48,963 nucleotides of DNA from a virus (lineage: Duplodnaviria > Caudoviricetes). The stretch is taken from IMG/VR virus record IMGVR_UViG_3300044852_000030, positions 1-48,963 of that record; one strand, 5' to 3'. The notes below the pieces were generated by a model, which saw only the letters and a program-made list of their open reading frames with translations, made no database searches and was not told the DNA's origin. How positions within the stretch are numbered: the first letter of the stretch is position 1; each line of letters opens with the position of its first letter. Position numbers and translations under genes: made by a program. Shown one piece after another: positions 8,888 to 17,267 of this stretch.

Positions 8888-9664
8888 ATGGTTCGATATA
8901 ACGCAGCACTTCAGCGAATCGCCCGAGCGGTCAAACGTGACATCGACGAGGTGATCGTTCCACTCGTGAAACAGTACGCACCCGAGTACACCGCTGACGC
9001 CGTTACGCTCGATGGCTGGTCCGACGTGATTGCCAGGGCGTTACAGTTCCTGCTCGGTAAATGGGCCTCACCCGTGGCACGTCAGGCCGCTGAATCAATT
9101 GCTGGTGAGTTTGTGCGTACCCAGGTGACGAAGAATGCACGGGGTCGACGGTCGTTCGGTATCGATGTGTTCGGCAACTCGCAACAGATGCGCAACTATC
9201 TCGACGCGGCCACGTACCAGAACGCCACGCTCATCACCTCGATCCCGTCGCAGTATCTGGAACAGGTGTCGAACATCGTCATGGCGAACATGCGCGCCGG
9301 TATGCGACCGTCGTACATCGAGGCTGCGTTGAAACAACAGTTCGGCGTTACGGCGCGTCGGGCGAAAATGATTGCACGCGATCAGACGGCGAAGGTTCAG
9401 GGTGAGTTGAACAAGCGTAAGCAGACCGCTGCGGGGTTTTCGTATTTTAGGTGGGTCGACAGTCACGATCAGCGCGTGCGACATCGCCACCGTGAGATCG
9501 CGGACAAGGTGACCGATTACGGGAAAGGGGTTTACGCCTGGGACGATTTGCCGCTGAGCGACAAGGGTGAACCAATTCAGCCGGGATCGGACTACCAGTG
9601 CCGCTGTGTTGCGGTAGCCGTCCCGGACTTTAAGGTTAAGCAGTTTCAGGAGGGTCGGGGTTAA
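8888..9664 (+). CDS. Head morphogenesis protein (SPP1 gp7 / Mu F-like)
   Basis: RAKMIARDQTAK, W....D.RVR.RH, PG.DYQCRC motifs. Confidence 0.92.
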   Translation: MVRYNAALQRIARAVKRDIDEVIVPLVKQYAPEYTADAVTLDGWSDVIARALQFLLGKWASPVARQAAESIAGEFVRTQVTKNARGRRSFGIDVFGNSQQMRNYLDAATYQNATLITSIPSQYLEQVSNIVMANMRAGMRPSYIEAALKQQFGVTARRAKMIARDQTAKVQGELNKRKQTAAGFSYFRWVDSHDQRVRHRHREIADKVTDYGKGVYAWDDLPLSDKGEPIQPGSDYQCRCVAVAVPDFKVKQFQEGRG

Positions 9665-9909
9665 TCCTCGTCGGGTGCTTCACCTTGTGGCTCGATTTGA
9701 CCCACGATCACCTCGACGGCGTGAACGATATCGGGAATTTCAAATCCGTCCCGACAGTTAATACCGATAGCGCGTGCAATCTCAAACATTCCGCGTTCCC
9801 ACCGATCTTTACGGACAATCGCCCCATCGCCCCGAAATTCATAGTCATCCGGGTCGGCACCTTTAAATTCGGGTTTGCGAAAGTCCTGTTCTGTGACCTG
9901 ACGAGTCAT
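9661..9909 (-). CDS. Accessory hypothetical protein, antisense insert
   Basis: GGAGG SD; coupled to 9906-10382. Confidence 0.8.
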   Translation of the reverse strand: MTRQVTEQDFRKPEFKGADPDDYEFRGDGAIVRKDRWERGMFEIARAIGINCRDGFEIPDIVHAVEVIVGQIEPQGEAPDED

Positions 9910-10382
9910 TGCGCAGCCTCCCCCGCCAGTCCCGCATACGCAGCCATGTCTTCATAGTCATCCGCCACGAACACACCGTTCACCGCCCGGGCGTACTTGA
10001 GCTGAATCATGAATCGCCAGCCCTGCGCCTCGGTCAAGTTCGTACCCTCCTGGGCATTGAACGCCGCCACAGCGCGAGCCATCGACCGCTCACCCGCTTC
10101 GCTGTCACGTTGCACCGCACGGTCACGCATGTGACTGACGCCACGTTCTAGGAACTCGTGGGCGGCGATGCGTGGTGTTGCGGGTGCGACTGACGACGAG
10201 CCTACGTTCGCGTAAACAATCTCGGTAAGGTCCGCTAACGACTGGTATACCGTTGATTTGCACCACTTATGCGTGGCGTCGTCCCATACCATGACGCTGT
10301 AACCGATCATCTTATAAAGGTGTCCCGTTTTTGGGTCATGATGACTTGCGTCGACTGGCGCCATGTTATTTGCCTCATTCAT
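9906..10382 (-). CDS. DUF6378-like domain protein, antisense insert
   Basis: 'GERSMARAVAAFNA..G..LTEAQGWRFMIQLK.AR...DDYEDMAAYAGLAGE' C-terminal domain. Confidence 0.75.
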   Translation of the reverse strand: MNEANNMAPVDASHHDPKTGHLYKMIGYSVMVWDDATHKWCKSTVYQSLADLTEIVYANVGSSSVAPATPRIAAHEFLERGVSHMRDRAVQRDSEAGERSMARAVAAFNAQEGTNLTEAQGWRFMIQLKYARAVNGVFVADDYEDMAAYAGLAGEAAQ

Positions 10383-10427
10383 TGTTAACGGTTATGATTG
10401 CCCGCATTGGGTCATGTGGATCAGTTA

Positions 10428-11570
10428 ATGCCGATCATCGTTTGTGACAGATCAAGCTATCGCGTCACTCGTCGTGAATATACCGACGAGGGGTTTCTAC
10501 GCGTTCCGGGTAACGTCGCACGTACCGGCATTCAGGAATATCTCGCTCGTGAGCTACAATTACCGGGCGATCCGAATCGCATCATCCGCGTGTACCGTCC
10601 CGCTGAAGAAGTGTTTAAAGATGAATCGCTCGCCTCGTTTGATGGCGTTGACGTCACTGTAAACCACCCTGACGGCCTCGTCAACAGTGAGAACTTTAAA
10701 AAGGTTTCCGCTGGTGTGGTGCGCGGTGCAGGTCGACGCGATGGCGATTTCGTTCAATGCGACCTGATCGTCAAAGACAAAGCGGCCATCAACGCGATCA
10801 ACTCCGGCAAGTGTGAACTCAGCGTCGGTTACACCGCTGTTTACACCGAAGCGCCGGGCATGACCAACGACGGCGAACCGTACGATTACGTTCAAAGCGA
10901 CATCAAAATTAATCACGTTGCCCTGGTAGATCGTGCCCGGGCGGGTGCTAATGCGAAAGTGTTCGATCATATCCCCACTGGAGGCAACACAATGCCTGTA
11001 CTCATTACCACTGATAGCGGGCGCAGCGTTGATGTTGCTGATCCTGCAAACGCCCAGGTAGTCGCCGACGCGTTCGACCGACTGACTTTGCGTGCAACCA
11101 CTGCTGAAGCTGCCGCCGAGAAAGCTCAAGCGACCGCCGATGGCACCGCCGAGAAACTGACCGCCGCTCTGGCGCTGGGCAGCGACGACGCGATCAAGAC
11201 CCGTGTGGCCGTGCTGGGTGCGCTCAACACCACCGCCCGTAAGATTGCCGGTGACGCATTCACTTGCGACAGCGTCGACCCTACCGAAGTGATGCGCGCC
11301 GCTCTGATGGTCAAGCGTCCATCCGTCGACTGGGCTGCGAAGTCCCCGTCTTACATCCAGGCATCCTGGGACATGGCTGTCGAAGCCGACCCGGAAGAAA
11401 AGGATGTCACGACAACTGTTACCGGTGACAACGCCACTGTTTTGAGTCAGTTGCTTGCACTGGCAAAAGACGCGTCGGGTAAAACCACTGCTGACGGTGA
11501 ACCGGTCGCCGACGCGTACACCACCTACAAAGAATCCCAAGCCACCGCTTGGAAAGGAGCGCAGCAATGA
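10428..11570 (+). CDS. Prohead protease/scaffold (DUF2213 family)
   Basis: EGFL.VPG.VARTGIQEY, ELSVGY, NHVALVDRARAG motifs; Ala-rich C-terminal scaffold. Confidence 0.9.
   Translation: MPIIVCDRSSYRVTRREYTDEGFLRVPGNVARTGIQEYLARELQLPGDPNRIIRVYRPAEEVFKDESLASFDGVDVTVNHPDGLVNSENFKKVSAGVVRGAGRRDGDFVQCDLIVKDKAAINAINSGKCELSVGYTAVYTEAPGMTNDGEPYDYVQSDIKINHVALVDRARAGANAKVFDHIPTGGNTMPVLITTDSGRSVDVADPANAQVVADAFDRLTLRATTAEAAAEKAQATADGTAEKLTAALALGSDDAIKTRVAVLGALNTTARKIAGDAFTCDSVDPTEVMRAALMVKRPSVDWAAKSPSYIQASWDMAVEADPEEKDVTTTVTGDNATVLSQLLALAKDASGKTTADGEPVADAYTTYKESQATAWKGAQQ
10656..10684 (-). promoter_or_regulatory. Leftward promoter/operator embedded in the scaffold coding sequence
   Basis: TTGACG-17-TACAGT; perfect operator TGACG-GCCT-CGTCA at 10670-10683. 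Confidence 0.75.
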
Positions 11571-12064
11571 GCGTACAAGGCGGCAATGCGATTAACCATG
11601 GCGTCGCGTATGCGGGCATGGTCTCCACCGGTTTCCAGCTGAACAACAGCGTATCGAAACTGAACAAAGGCACCGTGAACATTCCGTTCGGTGCTGGCGT
11701 TGTGACCGACGGCGATGACGGTGCGAAAGTACCTGTAGCCGCGTCCACCGCTGCGAACTTCGTCGGCGTCGTTAAGCGTGAGCTGAACCGCGCCTACACC
11801 GCCACCGATGTCGTCGGTGCTGCTGCGAAGTACGACATGACCGTTGTGACCTCGGGCGAGATCTGGGTGACCGCGTTCGTCGCAGTGACCAAAGACCAAC
11901 CGGTTTACCTGATCGTCGGTGACGGCACTGGTACCAACCAAGGCAAGTTCACCAACATCGTCGGTGCTGCTGGCACCCTGGCAGTGCTCGTAAACGATGC
12001 AAAATGGACCAGTTCGGCGGGTGCCGGTGCGCTGGCTAAAATTTCTCTGAATATCGGGGGCTGA
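11567..12064 (+). CDS. Head decoration / cement protein
   Basis: Lies between scaffold and capsid genes; IPFG.GVV, G.IWV motifs; AAGGAG SD. Confidence 0.8.
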   Translation: MSVQGGNAINHGVAYAGMVSTGFQLNNSVSKLNKGTVNIPFGAGVVTDGDDGAKVPVAASTAANFVGVVKRELNRAYTATDVVGAAAKYDMTVVTSGEIWVTAFVAVTKDQPVYLIVGDGTGTNQGKFTNIVGAAGTLAVLVNDAKWTSSAGAGALAKISLNIGG

Positions 12065-12066
12065 TC

Positions 12067-13092
12067 ATGACTCAGCGCACTAAGATTTCCGTAGCCGTCG
12101 CCGATGCATACGCAGAGCGCAACGGTTTGGCAAAAGGTCACCAAGTGACTTTCATTGACGGTCTGCCGACTGTTGACGACGGTTTGGCGTTCTACATTTC
12201 GCAACTGGCGAATCTTGAAGCTAAGATTTACCAAGCGAAATACACCGCCATCAACTTCCAAGAGTTGGTGCCGATCAATACGAATATTCCGGAGTGGGCC
12301 GACACTTGGTCGTACACCAGTTTCGACGCGGTCACCATCGGGAAATTCATCGGCTCCAGCGCTGACGACCTGCCGAACGTGGCTATCGCTGCCACTCTCA
12401 GCAACGTACCAATCGGTTACGCTGGCAACAGCTACGATTACAGCCTGGACGAGCTGCGTAAGTCTCAGCAGCTGCGTATCCCGCTTGACAGCGCCAAGGC
12501 TCAGGCAGCATTCCGTGGTTCGCAAGAACACACCCAACGTGTGGCTTACTTCGGTGACGCCGCTCGCAACATGACCGGCCTGTTTAACAATGCCAACGTC
12601 GCGGTGGATTCGTCCACTGTGAACTGGGCAACCGCAACCGGTCCTGAAATTGTTGCGGATATGAACAGTCTGCTCGTCAAAGTATGGACTAACTCGGCGA
12701 ACGTACACGTTCCGAACGTTCTGGTTCTGGACTCGGTTCGTTGGGCACAGATCTCCAGTAAGAAGATGGACGTGGGTTCGGATACCACCGTTCTGGCGTA
12801 CTTCAAACTGAATAACCTGTACACCCAGTTGACAGGTGGCGATCTGCGCGTTGTACCGCGTCTGCAACTGACCGCTGCACAACTGACTGCTGCCGGTGTA
12901 TCGAACGGCGGTAAAGATCGGATGATGGCCTACGAGCTGAATGACGAGAACCTGGGGATGGTCAACCCAATTCCCTGGAGAGCATTGGCACCACAAATGC
13001 GCGGTTTGAATGTTTTTATTCCAGCCGAGTATAAGCTGAGTGGTTGTGAAGTGCGGTACCCATTCAGTGCGGCATACCGTGACAGCCTGTAA
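12067..13092 (+). CDS. Major capsid protein (DUF2184 family)
   Basis: 341 aa; FYISQLANLE.KIY, YSLDELR, AYFGD....GLFNN motifs; followed by a terminator. Confidence 0.92.
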   Translation: MTQRTKISVAVADAYAERNGLAKGHQVTFIDGLPTVDDGLAFYISQLANLEAKIYQAKYTAINFQELVPINTNIPEWADTWSYTSFDAVTIGKFIGSSADDLPNVAIAATLSNVPIGYAGNSYDYSLDELRKSQQLRIPLDSAKAQAAFRGSQEHTQRVAYFGDAARNMTGLFNNANVAVDSSTVNWATATGPEIVADMNSLLVKVWTNSANVHVPNVLVLDSVRWAQISSKKMDVGSDTTVLAYFKLNNLYTQLTGGDLRVVPRLQLTAAQLTAAGVSNGGKDRMMAYELNDENLGMVNPIPWRALAPQMRGLNVFIPAEYKLSGCEVRYPFSAAYRDSL

Positions 13093-13111
13093 GGTCGCGT
13101 AATGTTTGACA

Positions 13112-13134
13112 GACCCCGCTTCGGCGGGGTTTTT
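13112..13134 (+). terminator. Rho-independent terminator after capsid gene
   Basis: GACCCCGC-TTCG-GCGGGGTT plus T run. Confidence 0.9.
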
Positions 13135-14059
13135 ATTGAGCACCTAGAAGGTCAAGCCATGTAATGATGTCAGGATGCATTTTGCGCCATTCGGTAGCAC
13201 CGTCGAAACCACGCAGTCCGGTGCTAGGGAATTGATCATGGAACATGCGTTCAAGGATCGGAGGTTGTGAACCATCCTCGCAATAGAGCTGGCGGTAGGT
13301 TGAGAATCCAAAAGGTGTGGAATTAACGAGTTGTGCGTGACGTTGTGACGGCTTGTTGGTTATACCTATCTTAACCATTGACCCGCAGTCGGATATAAGT
13401 GCATAAAGTGTCCCAGCAATTGATGATTGATACCCGCATGCGGCACACGATGCGCAGCGGTTACCGCCATGGATAAATGTCGTGACCGTTGTCGACCACT
13501 CGCCATGTACTAGACATTTCATTATTGCCCGACTTTTGGACCCCGAATAAACACCATCCCACCCGACGAAAGAGTACCCGTCGACTTGCGCCAGTCTGGT
13601 CAGCTGTTCTTCCCGGATACTAATAGGTACTCTTTGACGATCACCAATCGCGATATTCCCGCACGCTGGGCATCTGCTCCTATTACTTACGAAATGACTT
13701 ATGGTTACAGGCCACTGACCGTGATCCGCGCACATCATAATTGCTTTACTGTGCGCGTTTTGATATTTCCCATCCCACCCTACGAACGTATAGCCGTCAG
13801 CTTTGGCGAGTTCTCGTAGTTGAAGTTCTCGTACACCCTGCTGAACATATTGTCGTCCACTACACGGTAGACAACGTTTCGACGCGTCCACAAACGCATT
13901 GACACTTGATATCCAATCACCGTGTTCGATGCATCTCACGATGATCCGAGTACGTGTGCCGATGTATTCTTCCGCCCATCCTACAAATTCATAACCGTCA
14001 GTAACGGCAAGTTCTCTGAGCTGTCGTTCACGTATGTCTTTTGGGATTTTGTGGGTCAT
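13133..14059 (-). CDS. Putative free-standing homing endonuclease: three zinc-binding repeats plus C-terminal GIY-YIG-like domain
   Basis: Three repeats of 'RE.QL..LA..DGY.FVGW...Y......C..HG.W......F......C..C'; C-terminal 'LYAL....MVKIGITNKPSQR...L'; GAGG SD at MTHK. Confidence 0.75.
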   Translation of the reverse strand: MTHKIPKDIRERQLRELAVTDGYEFVGWAEEYIGTRTRIIVRCIEHGDWISSVNAFVDASKRCLPCSGRQYVQQGVRELQLRELAKADGYTFVGWDGKYQNAHSKAIMMCADHGQWPVTISHFVSNRSRCPACGNIAIGDRQRVPISIREEQLTRLAQVDGYSFVGWDGVYSGSKSRAIMKCLVHGEWSTTVTTFIHGGNRCASCAACGYQSSIAGTLYALISDCGSMVKIGITNKPSQRHAQLVNSTPFGFSTYRQLYCEDGSQPPILERMFHDQFPSTGLRGFDGATEWRKMHPDIITWLDLLGAQ

Positions 14060-14143
14060 GCGATCCTCGGTCAGAAGGTAGTCGAAAGAGTTGTGGAAAG
14101 CGTTGACTAAACGCCTTATCGGATGCCTCCTATCCACGTCATG

Positions 14144-14172
14144 ATCGTATCTGCTATTGACCAATTCGTCAA
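14144..14172 (-). promoter_or_regulatory. Sigma70-like promoter/operator (leftward)
   Basis: TTGACG-17-TACGAT; operator TGACC-AATT-CGTCA (1 mismatch) at 14158-14171. Confidence 0.8.
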
Positions 14173-14219
14173 ATCAGTCGACAATGACTTTACTTCCCTT
14201 ACTCAACAGGTAACCCCAC

Positions 14220-14534
14220 ATGCTCCTGAGAAACAATGCACGCAGACTGATCACCGTCAACGGTTCAATGGGTGCCGACGGTTACACTGAATTTTATGAT
14301 ATCAAGCCGGGAGAAAATCCCCCTGTGGAGATCCCTGATCACCTTGCCAAAAGTGACTTCGTGAAGAACCTGATCAACATCGGCGAACTGATCGTGCTGC
14401 AATCGGAAGCCGCACCGGTCGATACTGAAGCCCTGGAAGCGTTGCGTGACGAAGCGATGTTGCTAGGCATCAACGTCGACAAGTCGTGGGACGCGGCCCG
14501 CATCCAAACCGAGATCGACAAAGAACACGAGTAG
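14220..14534 (+). CDS. Hypothetical virion-associated protein
   Basis: Post-capsid position; C-terminal 'LRDEAMLLGINVDKSW..ARIQTEI' HeH/LEM-like helix pair. Confidence 0.75.
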   Translation: MLLRNNARRLITVNGSMGADGYTEFYDIKPGENPPVEIPDHLAKSDFVKNLINIGELIVLQSEAAPVDTEALEALRDEAMLLGINVDKSWDAARIQTEIDKEHE

Positions 14535-14666
14535 CGTAGGGGTGTCAATTATGCCATGTATGTTCGGCTACAAGGTCCAACGGCAACCCAAAAAGGTATG
14601 GCGTTATCCGGGTGTACCAATCCCAGAACGTCTTAAATTCAAATATCGGTAACCTGGAGATACAAC

Positions 14667-14864
14667 ATGACGTCCACTGTCAAATGCTTTGCACATCCTG
14701 CCGACGGTAAGGAACTCGTAGTCCAAGTTTTTGAACTTGTATCGGGTGAAGGTTTCGACGATGTGAAAATTATCGAAGAACGAACCCTGCAAAATGGCGA
14801 AACGTTCGACGCTGTAGTTTTTGAAAATCGGCGAGTCGTAAGTTTCGAACGCGATAAAGTATAA
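14667..14864 (+). CDS. Hypothetical protein
   Basis: GGAG SD; 65 aa. Confidence 0.75.
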   Translation: MTSTVKCFAHPADGKELVVQVFELVSGEGFDDVKIIEERTLQNGETFDAVVFENRRVVSFERDKV

Positions 14865-15141
14865 GTAACAACCAGCGCCAAACCGGTAAGCCTCTCGACG
14901 ATGCTCAAATCTCCGGTGTAACACAGACCGCGAAAGAATGGTGAGTCTGGAGAAGTTCACCCGTCGCAGCCCGCACATGCGGTTACCCGTTGGACCGCCC
15001 CGGTAACCAGACCCGGAACACGCGCAATCGGATGGGGTAGACGACTCGGAGCGTCGATAAAAATTCCGAGGCCTACAGCGCAGACACGCCGCTAGCGAGT
15101 ACAAGATGCGTGTAACCCCGCCCTAAACCAGCGGGGTTTTT
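14865..15141 (+). ncRNA. Candidate structured non-coding RNA
   Basis: No convincing ORF; several stems and an H-type pseudoknot; ends in a terminator (see findings). Confidence 0.4.
15114..15141 (+). terminator. Rho-independent terminator
   Basis: AACCCCGC...GCGGGGTT plus T run. Confidence 0.8.
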
Positions 15142-15208
15142 CATGTCTGTCGTTTATCGTTTGCGCAACCCCGTGATATCCTGTAGCGAACCAAACAGGT
15201 ACTGCGTA

Positions 15209-15622
15209 ATGGACATCACACCGGCAATGATTACCAGCTTTCGAGCTGAGTTCCAGGCGTTCACCAACGTCACCAACTGGCCCGACGCGCTGATCAGTTG
15301 CGCGCTGTGCGAGGCTGACACTGAGACGGGTTCGACACGCTGGGGTGCGTATGAGGACGAGTGTCATAACTTCAAGCGACGTGGCATGTTCTACTTCGCG
15401 GCGCACTGGCTCTCGACGAACTACGGCACAGCCGGTGTGACCGCCGATCCTAACTCTGAGGCACGCCTCAACGTCGCCAGCAAGCAAGTGGGCGATGAGT
15501 CGATCTCGTATCGGGTGCCTAAGATGATGGACGTGGGCGACGACTGGCTCACCTTCGCGGTGTACGGTCAGCAGTTCTATCGCCTACGTCGTCGTGCGGG
15601 GATGGGGGCTATTGCGGTGTAA
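15209..15622 (+). CDS. Head-tail adaptor (DUF4054 family)
   Basis: FRAEFQAF....[24 protein letters not shown] motifs. Confidence 0.88.
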   Translation: MDITPAMITSFRAEFQAFTNVTNWPDALISCALCEADTETGSTRWGAYEDECHNFKRRGMFYFAAHWLSTNYGTAGVTADPNSEARLNVASKQVGDESISYRVPKMMDVGDDWLTFAVYGQQFYRLRRRAGMGAIAV

Positions 15623-15737
15623 TGCGGTAGAACCCGACGTACTGCCGAGCCTTGCGCAGGTAAAACCGGTGCAGCCCGAGATTGCCTTCTGACTTGGCGC
15701 GTCGGGCATATTCCAGGCATTTACGAATGTGTTCCAT
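15609..15737 (-). CDS. 42-aa hypothetical protein (not in track)
   Basis: [42 protein letters not shown]; GAGGT SD. Confidence 0.6.
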   Translation of the reverse strand: MEHIRKCLEYARRAKSEGNLGLHRFYLRKARQYVGFYRITPQ

Positions 15738-16017
15738 CGTTCACCTCGATTGGTGTTGCAACGCAGCGACAGTTAAACGATTGGTGTTTCCAAGGATTAG
15801 CCACACGGTCACGTTTGTCACTCTGTATCCGAAAGATTCGTCCCGGAATGTGACGAGCGAGCGGATCGGTGAAAGGCGTGGCGGCATACTCGACCGCATC
15901 TCGTAAATCCTTTGATGGGATGCGAGCAACGAAACCTTTATCACCGTGCGTATCAACACACGTCGCCAGCCGTGCCGCACTGAACGCCATTTTCCATTGG
16001 TCACGCATGTTCATCAT
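15721..16017 (-). CDS. Hypothetical protein ending in H..FNCRC motif
   Basis: Coupled ORF in the leftward accessory operon. Confidence 0.7.
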   Translation of the reverse strand: MMNMRDQWKMAFSAARLATCVDTHGDKGFVARIPSKDLRDAVEYAATPFTDPLARHIPGRIFRIQSDKRDRVANPWKHQSFNCRCVATPIEVNDGTHS

Positions 16018-16226
16018 TTCGCGGTATCCGGAGCAACCATCCAATGAGTCGGAGTCGCATCAAACGCAACTGTTCCACACCCGTCATATGTCGCGTACAC
16101 ACCAGTCGGACACCATTCGCGCCACGAGTCGAAATAGCCTGCGGTAAGGCCCCCGTCACCCAGGGTCAGTAAGTACGTCCCCGGTGAATCTGGAAGTTCA
16201 TCGGTGCATTTCACCCAATCACTCAT
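16014..16226 (-). CDS. DUF551-like protein
   Basis: MSDWVKCTDELP...PTHWM..P signature. Confidence 0.8.
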   Translation of the reverse strand: MSDWVKCTDELPDSPGTYLLTLGDGGLTAGYFDSWREWCPTGVYATYDGCGTVAFDATPTHWMVAPDTAK

Positions 16227-16402
16227 CGCTGCGCATCCTTGATCGTCTTGCGTGGGTTCTGCACAACGAAACTCTCGTTCTGATGTGCGTCGTTGTAGCG
16301 CAGGTCGCCGCACACGAACCCGAGCCCCTGGAGCGTGTCACGTGCGATCTTTGACAGGGTCGCACGACCGGCACCCTTGAACGTTATCGTCGCGTTGGTC
16401 AT
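16223..16402 (-). CDS. 59-aa hypothetical protein (not in track)
   Basis: MTNATITFKGAGRATLSKIARDTLQGLGFVCGDLRY...; ATGA overlaps both sides. Confidence 0.65.
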   Translation of the reverse strand: MTNATITFKGAGRATLSKIARDTLQGLGFVCGDLRYNDAHQNESFVVQNPRKTIKDAQR

Positions 16403-16638
16403 GGTGTCACCGTGTAGTGGAGGGTATACAGATACCCTTCACGATCACCATGGCGAAACTGCACAGTGACTTTATCAGGGTCACCACTACGGTTTCTTTC
16501 GCGCAAAATATTGCAACAAGTGTAGTACGCTTCTCGTGATACCCACGGTGAAGGGCTTCGCTCAACAATTTCATCTCTGAAGATGGCATCTTTATACCGT
16601 TGTACCTCGTCACGAGTCATCTCGATCGTACCCATCAC
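16399..16638 (-). CDS. Hypothetical protein
   Basis: GAGGGG SD; part of a coupled operon. Confidence 0.65.
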   Translation of the reverse strand: MMGTIEMTRDEVQRYKDAIFRDEIVERSPSPWVSREAYYTCCNILRERNRSGDPDKVTVQFRHGDREGYLYTLHYTVTP

Positions 16639-16645
16639 CCACCCC

Positions 16646-16783
16646 TCAAATTATTGGTTGCTTGCCATACTTCTTGGTCGCGAGTTCGGCGTCTTTCCAG
16701 CCGCTGCGCCAGTCGAATTTCGCCGTACTTTCGAACGGTTGACCATTGATAAACGCGTTCCAACCTTCGTCGTAATAGGTCAT
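16646..16783 (-). CDS. 45-aa protein with Rmf-like motif (not in track)
   Basis: MTYYDEGWNAFINGQPFESTAKFDWRSGWKDAELATKKYGKQPII; GGAG SD; ATGA overlap. Confidence 0.65.
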   Translation of the reverse strand: MTYYDEGWNAFINGQPFESTAKFDWRSGWKDAELATKKYGKQPII

Positions 16784-17007
16784 TCGATTATCTCCACTCC
16801 GGTGTCCATTGACGTACCGTCCTCATCGCCATTCTCTGTATCGTGACACCAGCAGCAGATTGACTGAATCGGCTCACCCCTGGGGTTGTAGAGTGTCACC
16901 GGCCAGTCAGCGACGAGATTGTGACCGATGCGCACCATCGTGATATGTGGGAGACCCGGCATTCTGAACCGTTCACCATAAGGTAGCTGTCTGAATGGCT
17001 TTTTCAT
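16780..17007 (-). CDS. Hypothetical protein
   Basis: 75-aa coupled ORF. Confidence 0.7.
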   Translation of the reverse strand: MKKPFRQLPYGERFRMPGLPHITMVRIGHNLVADWPVTLYNPRGEPIQSICCWCHDTENGDEDGTSMDTGVEIIE

Positions 17008-17083
17008 GACGTCACTCGCTGAGTTTGGACTTTCGGCGACTTGGCGTCGCGGGTCATGAATACGGTAAAAATGATAAACGCGA

Positions 17084-17197
17084 TCATGATTTGGTCACCT
17101 TACCACCGCAATGATTGCACCAGAATTTACCGATTTTGAAGAACGGCGCAACAGTGTGGAGGTTGCCGCAGTTGTTGCATGGCTTGAAATTAATCAT
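17084..17197 (-). CDS. 37-aa zinc-ribbon peptide (not in track)
   Basis: MINFKPCNNCGNLHTVAPFFKIGKFWCNHCGGKVTKS; GGGAG SD; first ORF after a promoter. Confidence 0.65.
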   Translation of the reverse strand: MINFKPCNNCGNLHTVAPFFKIGKFWCNHCGGKVTKS

Positions 17198-17232
17198 CGC
17201 TGTATCGCTCCCATCCGTAAGTTGACGACCCC

Positions 17233-17261
17233 ATCGTATGCCACTCTGACGAGGTCGTCAA
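17233..17261 (-). promoter_or_regulatory. Sigma70-like promoter/operator (leftward)
   Basis: TTGACG-17-TACGAT; operator TGACG-AGGT-CGTCA at 17247-17260. Confidence 0.85.
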
Positions 17262-17267
17262 CACTCA

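Noticed and set aside
10560-13143. Long minus-strand ORFs (335 and 412 aa) opposite scaffold and capsid; likewise 19947-20999, 38603-39565 and 47128-47970
   Set aside because: Antisense shadows of strongly codon-biased genes; no SD and no recognisable motifs.
14865-15141. tRNA, tmRNA, hammerhead or twister identity for the structured tract
   Set aside because: No T-arm/CCA end, no CUGAUGA-GAAA core, and only a superficial TAACAC resemblance to twister.
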